Of a stretch of 54,070 bases of DNA, positions 25,589 to 32,338 are shown in pieces; position 1 is the stretch's first letter; every line of letters starts with the position of its first letter. The translations under genes were made by a program, and so were the position numbers. The notes below the pieces were generated by a model, which made no database searches, was not told the origin of the DNA, and worked only from the letters and a program-made list of their open reading frames with translations. Location of the stretch: the IMG/VR virus record IMGVR_UViG_3300012964_000006, positions 1 through 54,070 of that record. One strand, given 5' to 3'. This DNA is from a virus.

Positions 25589-25951
25589 TTAGGCCCAGTA
25601 TTCGCCTACAAGCCCCCAAATTTCAACGTGCAGCCGGGTGTTAGCCGCCGCGCTGTTGGCATCCAGGCTAACCACGGAGCCGGCGGCGATGGTAACCGGG
25701 GCGTTAGCGCCGCCCATATGAGTCGACTTCCAGGTGCCCGGCGTGGCCTTGGTAGCCGCCGCTACCGCCGTAATGACCCCGGTCCCGTCGTCGTTAATGT
25801 CTATGGTGGTATCGGCGTCATCGGCGCTGGGCGAGGCTTCGACGTAAATCACGGTCAGGTCACACGGTACGGTGAAATAGCGATAGAGTGCCCCGAGGGT
25901 CACGCCCACTTCACCATCGTCAAAATCCAGAACTACAATCTTTTCGTTCAT
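25589..25951 (-). CDS. Head-decoration-like protein, paralog 1
   Basis: MNEKIVVL..DINDDGTGVITAV..PGTWKSTHMGGANAPV. Confidence 0.6.
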   Translation of the reverse strand: MNEKIVVLDFDDGEVGVTLGALYRYFTVPCDLTVIYVEASPSADDADTTIDINDDGTGVITAVAAATKATPGTWKSTHMGGANAPVTIAAGSVVSLDANSAAANTRLHVEIWGLVGEYWA

Positions 25952-25987
25952 AGGTTAAAACCTCGTTAAAACTAAGAAATGTTAAAA

Positions 25988-27115
25988 TTACTGATCGCCC
26001 ACGGCGCACCAGTGCGCGGCTATGCCGGTGGTGCCGGCATTGTAATCTCCTCCCCAACTCGACAAGGTGAAAGATGCGGTCGTTGGATCGGTCGCGGTCA
26101 GGTAGGCCGCCGTTGCCGCAGGTTGGGTAATTTGGGTGGCAATCACGTAGGTAGTGGTGGTTAGCCCGGTTGGAGCGACCTGGGTCGTCGCCGTAAATAC
26201 GGCCGTGGTGCCGCAAACTATTTGTTGGCTGACAGATGCATACCCCAGCGGGTAAAGGTTATCCGCGCCGTATTGGAGCGTCCCGGCCAGATCGGTATTA
26301 CCGGCGCTCACGGTCAGGCCGGCCGCCAGGGTCAGCCCACCGTCTGTCCCAAAATCCGTACCGGCCGCTCCGACGTTGACCGCTGGCTGATTACTCATAT
26401 CCAAATCATCGGCCAGGGTTAACCCGCCAGTCGCGCTAAAATCCGTACCAGCCGCTCCCACATTAGAGATGGTCCCGTTTAACATATCCAGGCCACCGCC
26501 ATTGGGGAAACGGGCGACCGGAGTCGCGGCGTCTCTCACTTCCAGAATTGCGGAAACCCCGAGGCTGTCGATCACCGCCGCCGGGGTTGCCGTGGCGATT
26601 GCCGTAGGGGCAGATACCACGGCCCAGTTATTGATCGTCTGCCCGCTGGAATGAGTGCCAGCCCCGGTAGATGACCAGGCCCCACTATTGCCAACCACGA
26701 ACACCGGAGTCGCGTCATTTCTCAGGCTTAGAATCTCATTTCCGGCGCCCAGGTTATCGACGAATAAGGCCGGCGTGGCGGTTGCTACCGCCGTTGGGGC
26801 GGTAATTCCCACGGCTCCAGCGACCGGGCCGCCGCCAGAACCAAAGCCGGTGTATGTGGCGTTGCCGTCGACATCGACGTAAAAAACCGGCGTTGCCGAA
26901 CCGTTGCGGATTTCCAGGCTATTGGCGCTGCTGCTGTTTTGGATCAGTAATTGAGGGGTGGCCGTGCCGAAGGTGGATTGTGTCAGGCGAATACCGTTAA
27001 AGTCGGTAAGCCCTTCGAGTTGAGCCACGGCAGTCGGGGCCAGGGGCGAAAGCAACAGGGCCACGAATCCCAGGACCATAACCAGCCAGGGTAAAGAGTT
27101 TTTAAATCCTTTCAT
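25988..27115 (-). CDS. Repeat-containing structural protein with signal-peptide-like N-terminus
   Basis: MKGFKNSLPWLVMVLGFVALLLSPLAPTAVA; three ..R(N/D)..ATPV(F/A).. modules. Confidence 0.6.
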   Translation of the reverse strand: MKGFKNSLPWLVMVLGFVALLLSPLAPTAVAQLEGLTDFNGIRLTQSTFGTATPQLLIQNSSSANSLEIRNGSATPVFYVDVDGNATYTGFGSGGGPVAGAVGITAPTAVATATPALFVDNLGAGNEILSLRNDATPVFVVGNSGAWSSTGAGTHSSGQTINNWAVVSAPTAIATATPAAVIDSLGVSAILEVRDAATPVARFPNGGGLDMLNGTISNVGAAGTDFSATGGLTLADDLDMSNQPAVNVGAAGTDFGTDGGLTLAAGLTVSAGNTDLAGTLQYGADNLYPLGYASVSQQIVCGTTAVFTATTQVAPTGLTTTTYVIATQITQPAATAAYLTATDPTTASFTLSSWGGDYNAGTTGIAAHWCAVGDQ

Positions 27116-27138
27116 AGTTTTTACCTCACTTCATACTG

Positions 27139-27147
27139 TGGTATAAT
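27139..27147 (+). promoter_or_regulatory. Extended -10 TGGTATAAT for the plus-strand HNH gene
   Basis: TGTGGTATAAT ending at 27147; weak -35; lies between two minus-strand structural genes. Confidence 0.45.
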
Positions 27148-27247
27148 ATCAGTGGGCTTGGGCGGTCTAGCTAACCACCGACAAGCCGGGAACCCTGTAC
27201 CCGGCGCCCCACATATTTACAGGGCTAACTCTAACAGGGAGAGTGAA

Positions 27248-28060
27248 ATGATTAAGAATTGCCTCGTTTGTGGTACTCCATTTGAGTCCTTCCCCGCCTC
27301 CGGGCGAAAGTATTGTTCCCGCACCTGTATGGGCATCGCCAAATCCAAGCGCATTGAGCGAATTTGCCTGACCTGTGGTAAGGCGTTTTTTGCCCCACAT
27401 CAAAAGGTAGAAGCTGGATTTGGGCTTTACTGTTCCCGCGCTTGCGCTGATTACGGTTGGGATGAGCCTTGCCAGAACTGCGGCAAATTGGTGCATCGCA
27501 CACCGTTCCACTCCAGAACACAGGACCACGTTTTTTGTAGCCGCAAGTGTTATGGACAATGGAAACGCCGCCGGATTCAGGTGGCTTGCCAGAACTGCGG
27601 CAGAGTGTTTGAGGGTAAGCAATCCGACGCCGCAGATACTAGGTATTGCTGCCTGGCCTGCTATAACCAGGCCAGGGCACAGAAATTTACCATGTTGATT
27701 TGCCAGCATTGTGGTAAACCGTTTCAGCGTCCGGCGGCCTTTGTCAACCCGAATATGTACCTGGGTAAATATTGCTCCGCCGAATGTATGGGCCTTTCCC
27801 GCCGCTTGCCCGATAGCATCAGATCCGACTACGATCATCAGTTTACCGAAAGCCTTAAAGAGCAAATAAGAAATCGAGATGGCAGAAAGTGCCAGGTTTG
27901 TGGCAGAGCCGAATCTCAGCTTTCCAGAAGCCTTGATGTTCACCATATTGACTACGATAAAACTAACTGCCATCCCGATAACCTGATTTCGCTTTGTGGC
28001 CCTTGCCACTCTCGAACTAACTATAATCGCCCCCGATGGAAACAACGCTTTATGCGCTGA
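27248..28060 (+). CDS. HNH homing endonuclease with five tandem zinc-ribbon modules
   Basis: 5 x [CxxCG-x11-19-(Y/F)C(S/C)xxC], then C-terminal CQVCG..DVHHIDYD..NLISLCGPCH; ATG 27248 with GGGAGAG SD. Confidence 0.8.
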   Translation: MIKNCLVCGTPFESFPASGRKYCSRTCMGIAKSKRIERICLTCGKAFFAPHQKVEAGFGLYCSRACADYGWDEPCQNCGKLVHRTPFHSRTQDHVFCSRKCYGQWKRRRIQVACQNCGRVFEGKQSDAADTRYCCLACYNQARAQKFTMLICQHCGKPFQRPAAFVNPNMYLGKYCSAECMGLSRRLPDSIRSDYDHQFTESLKEQIRNRDGRKCQVCGRAESQLSRSLDVHHIDYDKTNCHPDNLISLCGPCHSRTNYNRPRWKQRFMR

Positions 28061-28062
28061 TG

Positions 28063-30285
28063 TTAAGCGCAGTTGGATTTGTGAAGTGGCCTAAAGTCAC
28101 TGACAGGGAGGCAATCGTAGGTGGCGCTAAACCGGAAGCTCATCAGCCGCACCTTATAGCGCAGCGTGTCGTTGGTGAACATCGCCCCGGCCGTTTCCTG
28201 GTCACTGGTAAAGAGTTGCGGTACTTGCTGGCCCCGAAGGGAGATGTCCCAAATTGCCGGCGCAACCTGTGGATCAGCCGCGAGCGCCCAGTTGTTGGTG
28301 TCGGTCCATTCGGGAACGGCGATGACATCAAACTCGTTTTGGTAGGGGTTAATGTCGTTATTGGCGCTGCCGGGCAATTTCTCGCTGTTACGCAGGGCTA
28401 CGGCCGTATTTTCCAGGTCAACCGGAACGAGCATGTACTTGGGCCGAAGCATCAGGCGAGTACCCGCGCCAAGGTATTGATCGGTTTGTTTTCGCATTGC
28501 CTCGCGGGCGGCTCCGTAGGCGGCGTAGCTCAGGGCGGCAGTTAACAGGTTAGCGTGACCGCCCGCGCCTGTGGCGGCCGTGGCATTGAACAACGCGCCG
28601 GTATCGGCTAAAACCGGACCGGCGGCGGTGTTGGTGGTAAACACGGCCGCAGCGCGGGCGCTCTTGGTGTTAAACCAGGAATTGGCCAGGCGGTTGGGGA
28701 TGGTCCGAATCACGTTCACCTTGTCACGCAACAGGGTTTCCATTGTTACCCCAACGTAGTTACCGTTTTTGATGAAATTGGCGGTTTCTTCCTCGTCAAC
28801 CCAATTCAGTTCCGTGTAGGCCGCGCCTTCGTTAACGGTTGACAGGGTGGTAAATCCGTAGGTCCGCACCAGGGTAAAATCGTCAATCGTGTCAGCCTGT
28901 TCCTGCCGGCAGATCGGCGCCCACCACTCGTTTCGCTTGCTGTAGTCGTTGGCCAGGATGATGTTGACGGTGTTTTTGACGATGCTGGTCATCCCGCTGG
29001 TACTCACGGCTTCGGCCGCGCGGGGGTCCGAGAAGTAATCGCCGCCCAGGATGTCATAGGCCCATTCGGACAGCCGGCGGTAGCCGTCGTATTGGCGGCC
29101 GGCCTTAACCCAATCCCGGTAAGCCTCGGGGACGCGCTCCTGGACATAGTCTTTGGTATTGGCTTCCAGGGCTTTAAACTCGCTGTTGCCCATTGCCATA
29201 CGCAAGAAAGCCAGCTCGAACTTGTCGCGTTCGTTCAGGCCCACGGTGATAGCCTGCCGGCCGTTCCCGGCATCTGCCACCCGGCCGCTGGTATCCTCGG
29301 CCGCCTGCGCTTCCTTGACGCGCTTGATCGCGGCGTCGAGTTCGGCGTCCTCAAAGACCTTGCCAGCAAACTGGCCCATAACGATAGCCCGGAAAGCCTC
29401 GGGCAGTTTGGCCGCGTTCAGCTTCCGCTCAAGGGCCAATTCGCACCGGGCCAGGCGGGCTTCCTGGGCTGCGGCTTGCGCGGCCTGTTCCGCCGGGTCG
29501 GGTTCGTCGGCCTCGGCTTCCATCCCGGGCATCATTTGGCCTTTACCTTTCTTGCCCTTCATTTTGTCCTTCAAAGCCGCCTCTGTTTCGGGCTCGGCTT
29601 CGGGTTCGGTCGCAACCGCTTCGGGCTGGGCGGCCGGGGCCATCTCCGCCAGTGCAGCCTTTACAGCGTTCGCCACCAATGCTTTGATTTCTTCTTCGTT
29701 CATAGTGGGTTGCTCCTGTAAAATATTGGCGGCTATCAGGCGGTTAAAACCACCCCCGGCCGCTGGCTCAGCTACTAAATCAACAGAAAGAATTTTGTTA
29801 AACCCTTCGATGGTGGGCCAGGCTTGCCCCTCTAAAATCTGTTCCTTGCCCACAATCGGAAAGGTGTCTATACTCAGGCCGATGGTGTTTAATACCCCGG
29901 CCTCGTAAGCTGCTTTAAGTTTTGCGGCTAATGCCGCTTCAACGACTTTCAACACGCCGCGCAGTTGTTTGGTTGTTTCTTCCCAGTACGGGGCGACAAT
30001 CGTCCCGATCCACTCTTTGGCGACTGACCGCATCCCCTGTTTTTGCTCAAATTCCTCTTGGGTCAGGTGGTTGTCATAGACCTTCACCCCCTCCCACATC
30101 GGCAGGGATTTTTGCAGGGCTTCGACGGCGTATAACCGGCCGTTCTTGGAGCGCACATATTCACGCCCGCTGGCCGTTACCAGGTCCGTGGCTTCCTGAG
30201 CGCCGATAATGGTTACGTCCCACTCGCGGCCCTCGCTATCCTTTTTTGTGACTTTGGCTTCGACCCAGATAGATTCATTTGCCAT
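28063..30285 (-). CDS. Major capsid protein fused to an N-terminal domain and a scaffold-like linker
   Basis: 740 aa: ~190-aa N-domain, Ala/Glu/Pro-rich and coiled segment, ~400-aa C-terminal HK97-fold-like region; no separate scaffold or protease gene seen. Confidence 0.7.
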   Translation of the reverse strand: MANESIWVEAKVTKKDSEGREWDVTIIGAQEATDLVTASGREYVRSKNGRLYAVEALQKSLPMWEGVKVYDNHLTQEEFEQKQGMRSVAKEWIGTIVAPYWEETTKQLRGVLKVVEAALAAKLKAAYEAGVLNTIGLSIDTFPIVGKEQILEGQAWPTIEGFNKILSVDLVAEPAAGGGFNRLIAANILQEQPTMNEEEIKALVANAVKAALAEMAPAAQPEAVATEPEAEPETEAALKDKMKGKKGKGQMMPGMEAEADEPDPAEQAAQAAAQEARLARCELALERKLNAAKLPEAFRAIVMGQFAGKVFEDAELDAAIKRVKEAQAAEDTSGRVADAGNGRQAITVGLNERDKFELAFLRMAMGNSEFKALEANTKDYVQERVPEAYRDWVKAGRQYDGYRRLSEWAYDILGGDYFSDPRAAEAVSTSGMTSIVKNTVNIILANDYSKRNEWWAPICRQEQADTIDDFTLVRTYGFTTLSTVNEGAAYTELNWVDEEETANFIKNGNYVGVTMETLLRDKVNVIRTIPNRLANSWFNTKSARAAAVFTTNTAAGPVLADTGALFNATAATGAGGHANLLTAALSYAAYGAAREAMRKQTDQYLGAGTRLMLRPKYMLVPVDLENTAVALRNSEKLPGSANNDINPYQNEFDVIAVPEWTDTNNWALAADPQVAPAIWDISLRGQQVPQLFTSDQETAGAMFTNDTLRYKVRLMSFRFSATYDCLPVSDFRPLHKSNCA

Positions 30286-30418
30286 AACGTTTACCTCAAG
30301 CGCGGCTAAGTGCGCTTTTGCTTTTTTGTCCGTTTCGTGACACCCGCCGGGTATCGGCTTGTCGTCGCCTTTTTTATGTATTCAACGACCGCGCAATTCA
30401 TACGGCATAAAAACCTCG

Positions 30419-30456
30419 GAAAATAAAAAGAGCGCCGGAAATTAACCCGGCGCTCT
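30419..30456 (-). terminator. Intrinsic terminator ending the capsid-leader RNA
   Basis: Minus strand AGAGCGCCGG-GTTAATTT-CCGGCGCTCT followed by TTTTTATTTTCC. Confidence 0.75.
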
Positions 30457-30615
30457 GTGGCGCTCTTGAAAAGTGTTTGATTCTTGGGGCCGGTATCTTG
30501 GACCGGCGCCCCTGACCCGCCGCTTGTCTTGCGACTTCCCGCCCCTGCTACCTCCGGGGAAACCCCGGTGCATCAAGCGGTACTTGTAGCGCGGACGGGC
30601 CAGGTACTATTTATA
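30421..30615 (-). ncRNA. ~195-nt structured leader / small RNA between a consensus promoter and a terminator, upstream of the capsid gene
   Basis: No convincing ORF; 13-bp closing helix (30591-30604 with 30511-30523), GCTAC/GTAGC helix, CCGGGG-TTT-CCCCGG hairpin, terminator. Confidence 0.45.
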
Positions 30616-30621
30616 CCCCAA

Positions 30622-30650
30622 ATTATAGCCGAGATTGCGGCTTATGTCAA
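30622..30650 (-). promoter_or_regulatory. Perfect consensus promoter TTGACA-17-TATAAT
   Basis: Minus strand: TTGACA = 30645-30650, TATAAT = 30622-30627; -35 overlaps the stop of 30647..30880. Confidence 0.7.
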
Positions 30651-30880
30651 TGCTCTGATTTCCCCTTCCAGCAATCCCCCATTGCCCGGTATTCGTCGTA
30701 GGGATCAGGCTTACGGGCCGGGTCGTTAAGAAACCACTGGCTTTTATCGCACCAATCGGGCAATGGTGGATCAAAGCCCATCCTGGCTTCACTGGGCGAA
30801 AAATCAAATGGAAGAATCGTGCCGCCTGGCATAATCTCTAATTCCTGCCCGGTGCTAGCGTCGTACAACACTACCCTCAT
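30647..30880 (-). CDS. Hypothetical protein
   Basis: 77-aa ORF. Confidence 0.55.
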   Translation of the reverse strand: MRVVLYDASTGQELEIMPGGTILPFDFSPSEARMGFDPPLPDWCDKSQWFLNDPARKPDPYDEYRAMGDCWKGKSEH

Positions 30881-31130
30881 TGCCTATTCCCCCCTTGTAT
30901 CTCGTTGTTGCCCCGGTAGCGATATAGCCAACAAATTCATTACCCACGTATACCCTGCCATCCTCCACATAAATACAAGCGGGTTCTTGTTCGCTGGTTA
31001 TTATCCAATGCAACGGTATGGTAGGGTCTATCGGCCCGGCATAAACCACCGGCCCGCCGGTAAGGTCGGCCTCGCCGACCTTACAAACCTCAAAGGTTAT
31101 TTTTGTATCTTTGCCGATTATAGTGGCCAT
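30855..31130 (-). CDS. Hypothetical protein
   Basis: 91-aa ORF. Confidence 0.55.
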   Translation of the reverse strand: MATIIGKDTKITFEVCKVGEADLTGGPVVYAGPIDPTIPLHWIITSEQEPACIYVEDGRVYVGNEFVGYIATGATTRYKGGIGNEGSVVRR

Positions 31131-31133
31131 CGC

Positions 31134-31310
31134 CTATTCTCCCTTGCGTAAAAGCCCCGTCAGGTCTTTTAGTAGTGTCCCCCACCCATTGAATTGGGGA
31201 TACCACAAACGATACAACCAGGGCGGGCAACCTGCGGCGTCAAGCATTGCAGCGCTACGGTGTTGCCACCCGACTATAAAAAGATTTACGCGAGTCTCTT
31301 TAGCCATCAT
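31134..31310 (-). CDS. Hypothetical small protein (58 aa)
   Basis: Hand translation MMAKETRVNLFIVGWQHRSAAMLDAAGCPPWLYRLWYPQFNGWGTLLKDLTGLLRKGE; stop 3 nt before the next ATG. Confidence 0.35.
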   Translation of the reverse strand: MMAKETRVNLFIVGWQHRSAAMLDAAGCPPWLYRLWYPQFNGWGTLLKDLTGLLRKGE

Positions 31311-31338
31311 TTTCCCTTCACCCCCATTATACCACGGC

Positions 31339-31367
31339 TTGACCGGCAGACAAAACGAACGTATAAT
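31339..31367 (+). promoter_or_regulatory. Promoter TTGACC-17-TATAAT for the RHH operon
   Basis: TTGACC 31339-31344, TATAAT 31362-31367. Confidence 0.6.
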
Positions 31368-31369
31368 AT

Positions 31370-31387
31370 ATACACAATATTGTGTAT
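31370..31387. promoter_or_regulatory. Perfect 18-bp palindrome ATACACAATATTGTGTAT (operator candidate)
   Basis: Sits between the -10 and the SD of the RHH gene. Confidence 0.6.
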
Positions 31388-31397
31388 GGAGTAATCA

Positions 31398-31529
31398 ATG
31401 AGGTACAATATCTCTCTACCGAATCACCTATGGGAAGCGGCCAAAATCAAAGCCGGGATAACCCCTATGAGCGCGATTATCCGCCGATTGCTGGAAAAGT
31501 GGCTCAGCGGGGAGATAAGCGCAGACTGA
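31398..31529 (+). CDS. Ribbon-helix-helix (CopG/Arc-like) protein, 43 aa
   Basis: Hand translation MRYNISLPNHLWEAAKIKAGITPMSAIIRRLLEKWLSGEISAD (beta strand plus two helices). Confidence 0.6.
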   Translation: MRYNISLPNHLWEAAKIKAGITPMSAIIRRLLEKWLSGEISAD

Positions 31530-31538
31530 GGTAAGAAA

Positions 31539-31823
31539 ATGAAAATAGCAGAGTTATATAAAGTTTCAACCGGCTACCATCCTTTTTGCCCACAATGCGG
31601 CGAGAATATAAAAGTTAAGCACAACGATATAACACAATGCAGTTGTGGACTATACCTTATCAACCAGGGAAACGCGCTTTATTACACCGATGACGAAAAG
31701 GAATTACCGCCAAATGGTGCCCGCGACCTCGTGCCGGCGTTCACCGGCGACGGGAAAAGCTGTGAATACAGCGAATACCAAAAGACGGTACTCAATCCCC
31801 TTTTTGATAGTTCCTTTGAGTAA
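31539..31823 (+). CDS. Zinc-ribbon protein
   Basis: CPQCG..x..CSCG; 94 aa. Confidence 0.6.
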   Translation: MKIAELYKVSTGYHPFCPQCGENIKVKHNDITQCSCGLYLINQGNALYYTDDEKELPPNGARDLVPAFTGDGKSCEYSEYQKTVLNPLFDSSFE

Positions 31824-31827
31824 CATC

Positions 31828-32073
31828 CTACTTCCCCTCCACCAGCCTCAATAACCTTGCCCCAAATTCCCGCGCGTCAATCTCCACCACCCGCGCTTTT
31901 GGCCCGTCCTGCGCCTGGCTATTGCTCCTGTGGCTGTGGCTCAGGAATGACAACACGCCCGTGCTGTCGTTAAACCGGGCGATCTTCACCCCGCCAAGGC
32001 AAACATAGCCGTTGTCGAGGGTGAGCGGGTGAACTGGGGTATAGGGCTGGCGGAATCGACGAGGATTAGTCAT
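31828..32073 (-). CDS. Hypothetical protein
   Basis: 81-aa ORF. Confidence 0.5.
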   Translation of the reverse strand: MTNPRRFRQPYTPVHPLTLDNGYVCLGGVKIARFNDSTGVLSFLSHSHRSNSQAQDGPKARVVEIDAREFGARLLRLVEGK

Positions 32074-32101
32074 TGTGTTTCCAATCGTCCTGTGTTATAA
32101 T
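32073..32101 (+). promoter_or_regulatory. Promoter TTGTGT-17-TGtTATAAT giving a probably leaderless mRNA
   Basis: TATAAT 32096-32101; ATG 32108 is 7 nt downstream and has no SD. Confidence 0.45.
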
Positions 32102-32107
32102 AGCCAT

Positions 32108-32338
32108 ATGACAGCAACTATCTTCATCCTTGGCAAAAAGGCCACAATTACCGATTACGAATGGCGCGCCGACAATCCGGCGGTTGCCAATTTGTTAAAC
32201 TCGCTACTTGACCCGGCCGGCCCCTCTGGTGCCGATCCTAACCCGGATTTAACCACGGCCCAGGAAATCGCCATTAGATTCAACGGCGAGGTACTGGACT
32301 TCGAGCCGGTGAAATCGGAAACGGGCATCGTTTATTAA
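32108..32338 (+). CDS. Hypothetical 76-aa protein, convergent with the MuF gene end
   Basis: ORF 32075..32338 trimmed to ATG 32108; its stop overlaps the MuF stop. Confidence 0.5.
   Translation: MTATIFILGKKATITDYEWRADNPAVANLLNSLLDPAGPSGADPNPDLTTAQEIAIRFNGEVLDFEPVKSETGIVY

Noticed and set aside
27116-27169. In-frame TAG (27167-27169) linking the antisense ORF to the downstream 375-aa structural gene (same frame)
   Set aside because: A TGA occurs 6 codons later (27149-27151) in that frame, so readthrough of the TAG cannot produce a fusion.
27167-28045. 292-aa minus-strand ORF antisense to the HNH gene, considered as an independent protein-coding gene
   Set aside because: It has a TTG start and no SD. 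Its composition is typical of the antisense of a Cys-rich gene, and it has no recognisable motif. A TGA follows 6 codons after its TAG, so it is not fused to the next gene. It is kept only as evidence for the open-antisense-frame pattern.
29153-29908. 251-aa plus-strand ORF inside the capsid gene, and similar long shadow ORFs (16074..16541, 35538..36062, 37418..38008, 50958..51614, 25343..25969)
   Set aside because: These are low-complexity Ala/Ser/Arg/Pro-rich translations with no SD or promoter. They are out of register with strongly supported genes on the other strand, which is typical of GC-rich shadow ORFs.
30298-30330. Plus-strand terminator-like hairpin AAGCGC..GCGCTT plus TTTTGCTTTTTT just upstream of the capsid start
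   Set aside because: Its orientation is wrong for the surrounding minus-strand transcription. The only plus-strand gene that could reach it is 2.2 kb away, antisense to the capsid gene. It may simply be 5-prime UTR structure or part of a doubtful 31-aa ORF (30306..30401).
30460-30646. Possible tRNA or tmRNA in the capsid-leader region (also checked 46364-46638 and 5040-5160)
   Set aside because: No T-loop (GTTCRANYC), no D-loop pattern and no 7-bp acceptor stem with a cloverleaf could be drawn on either strand.
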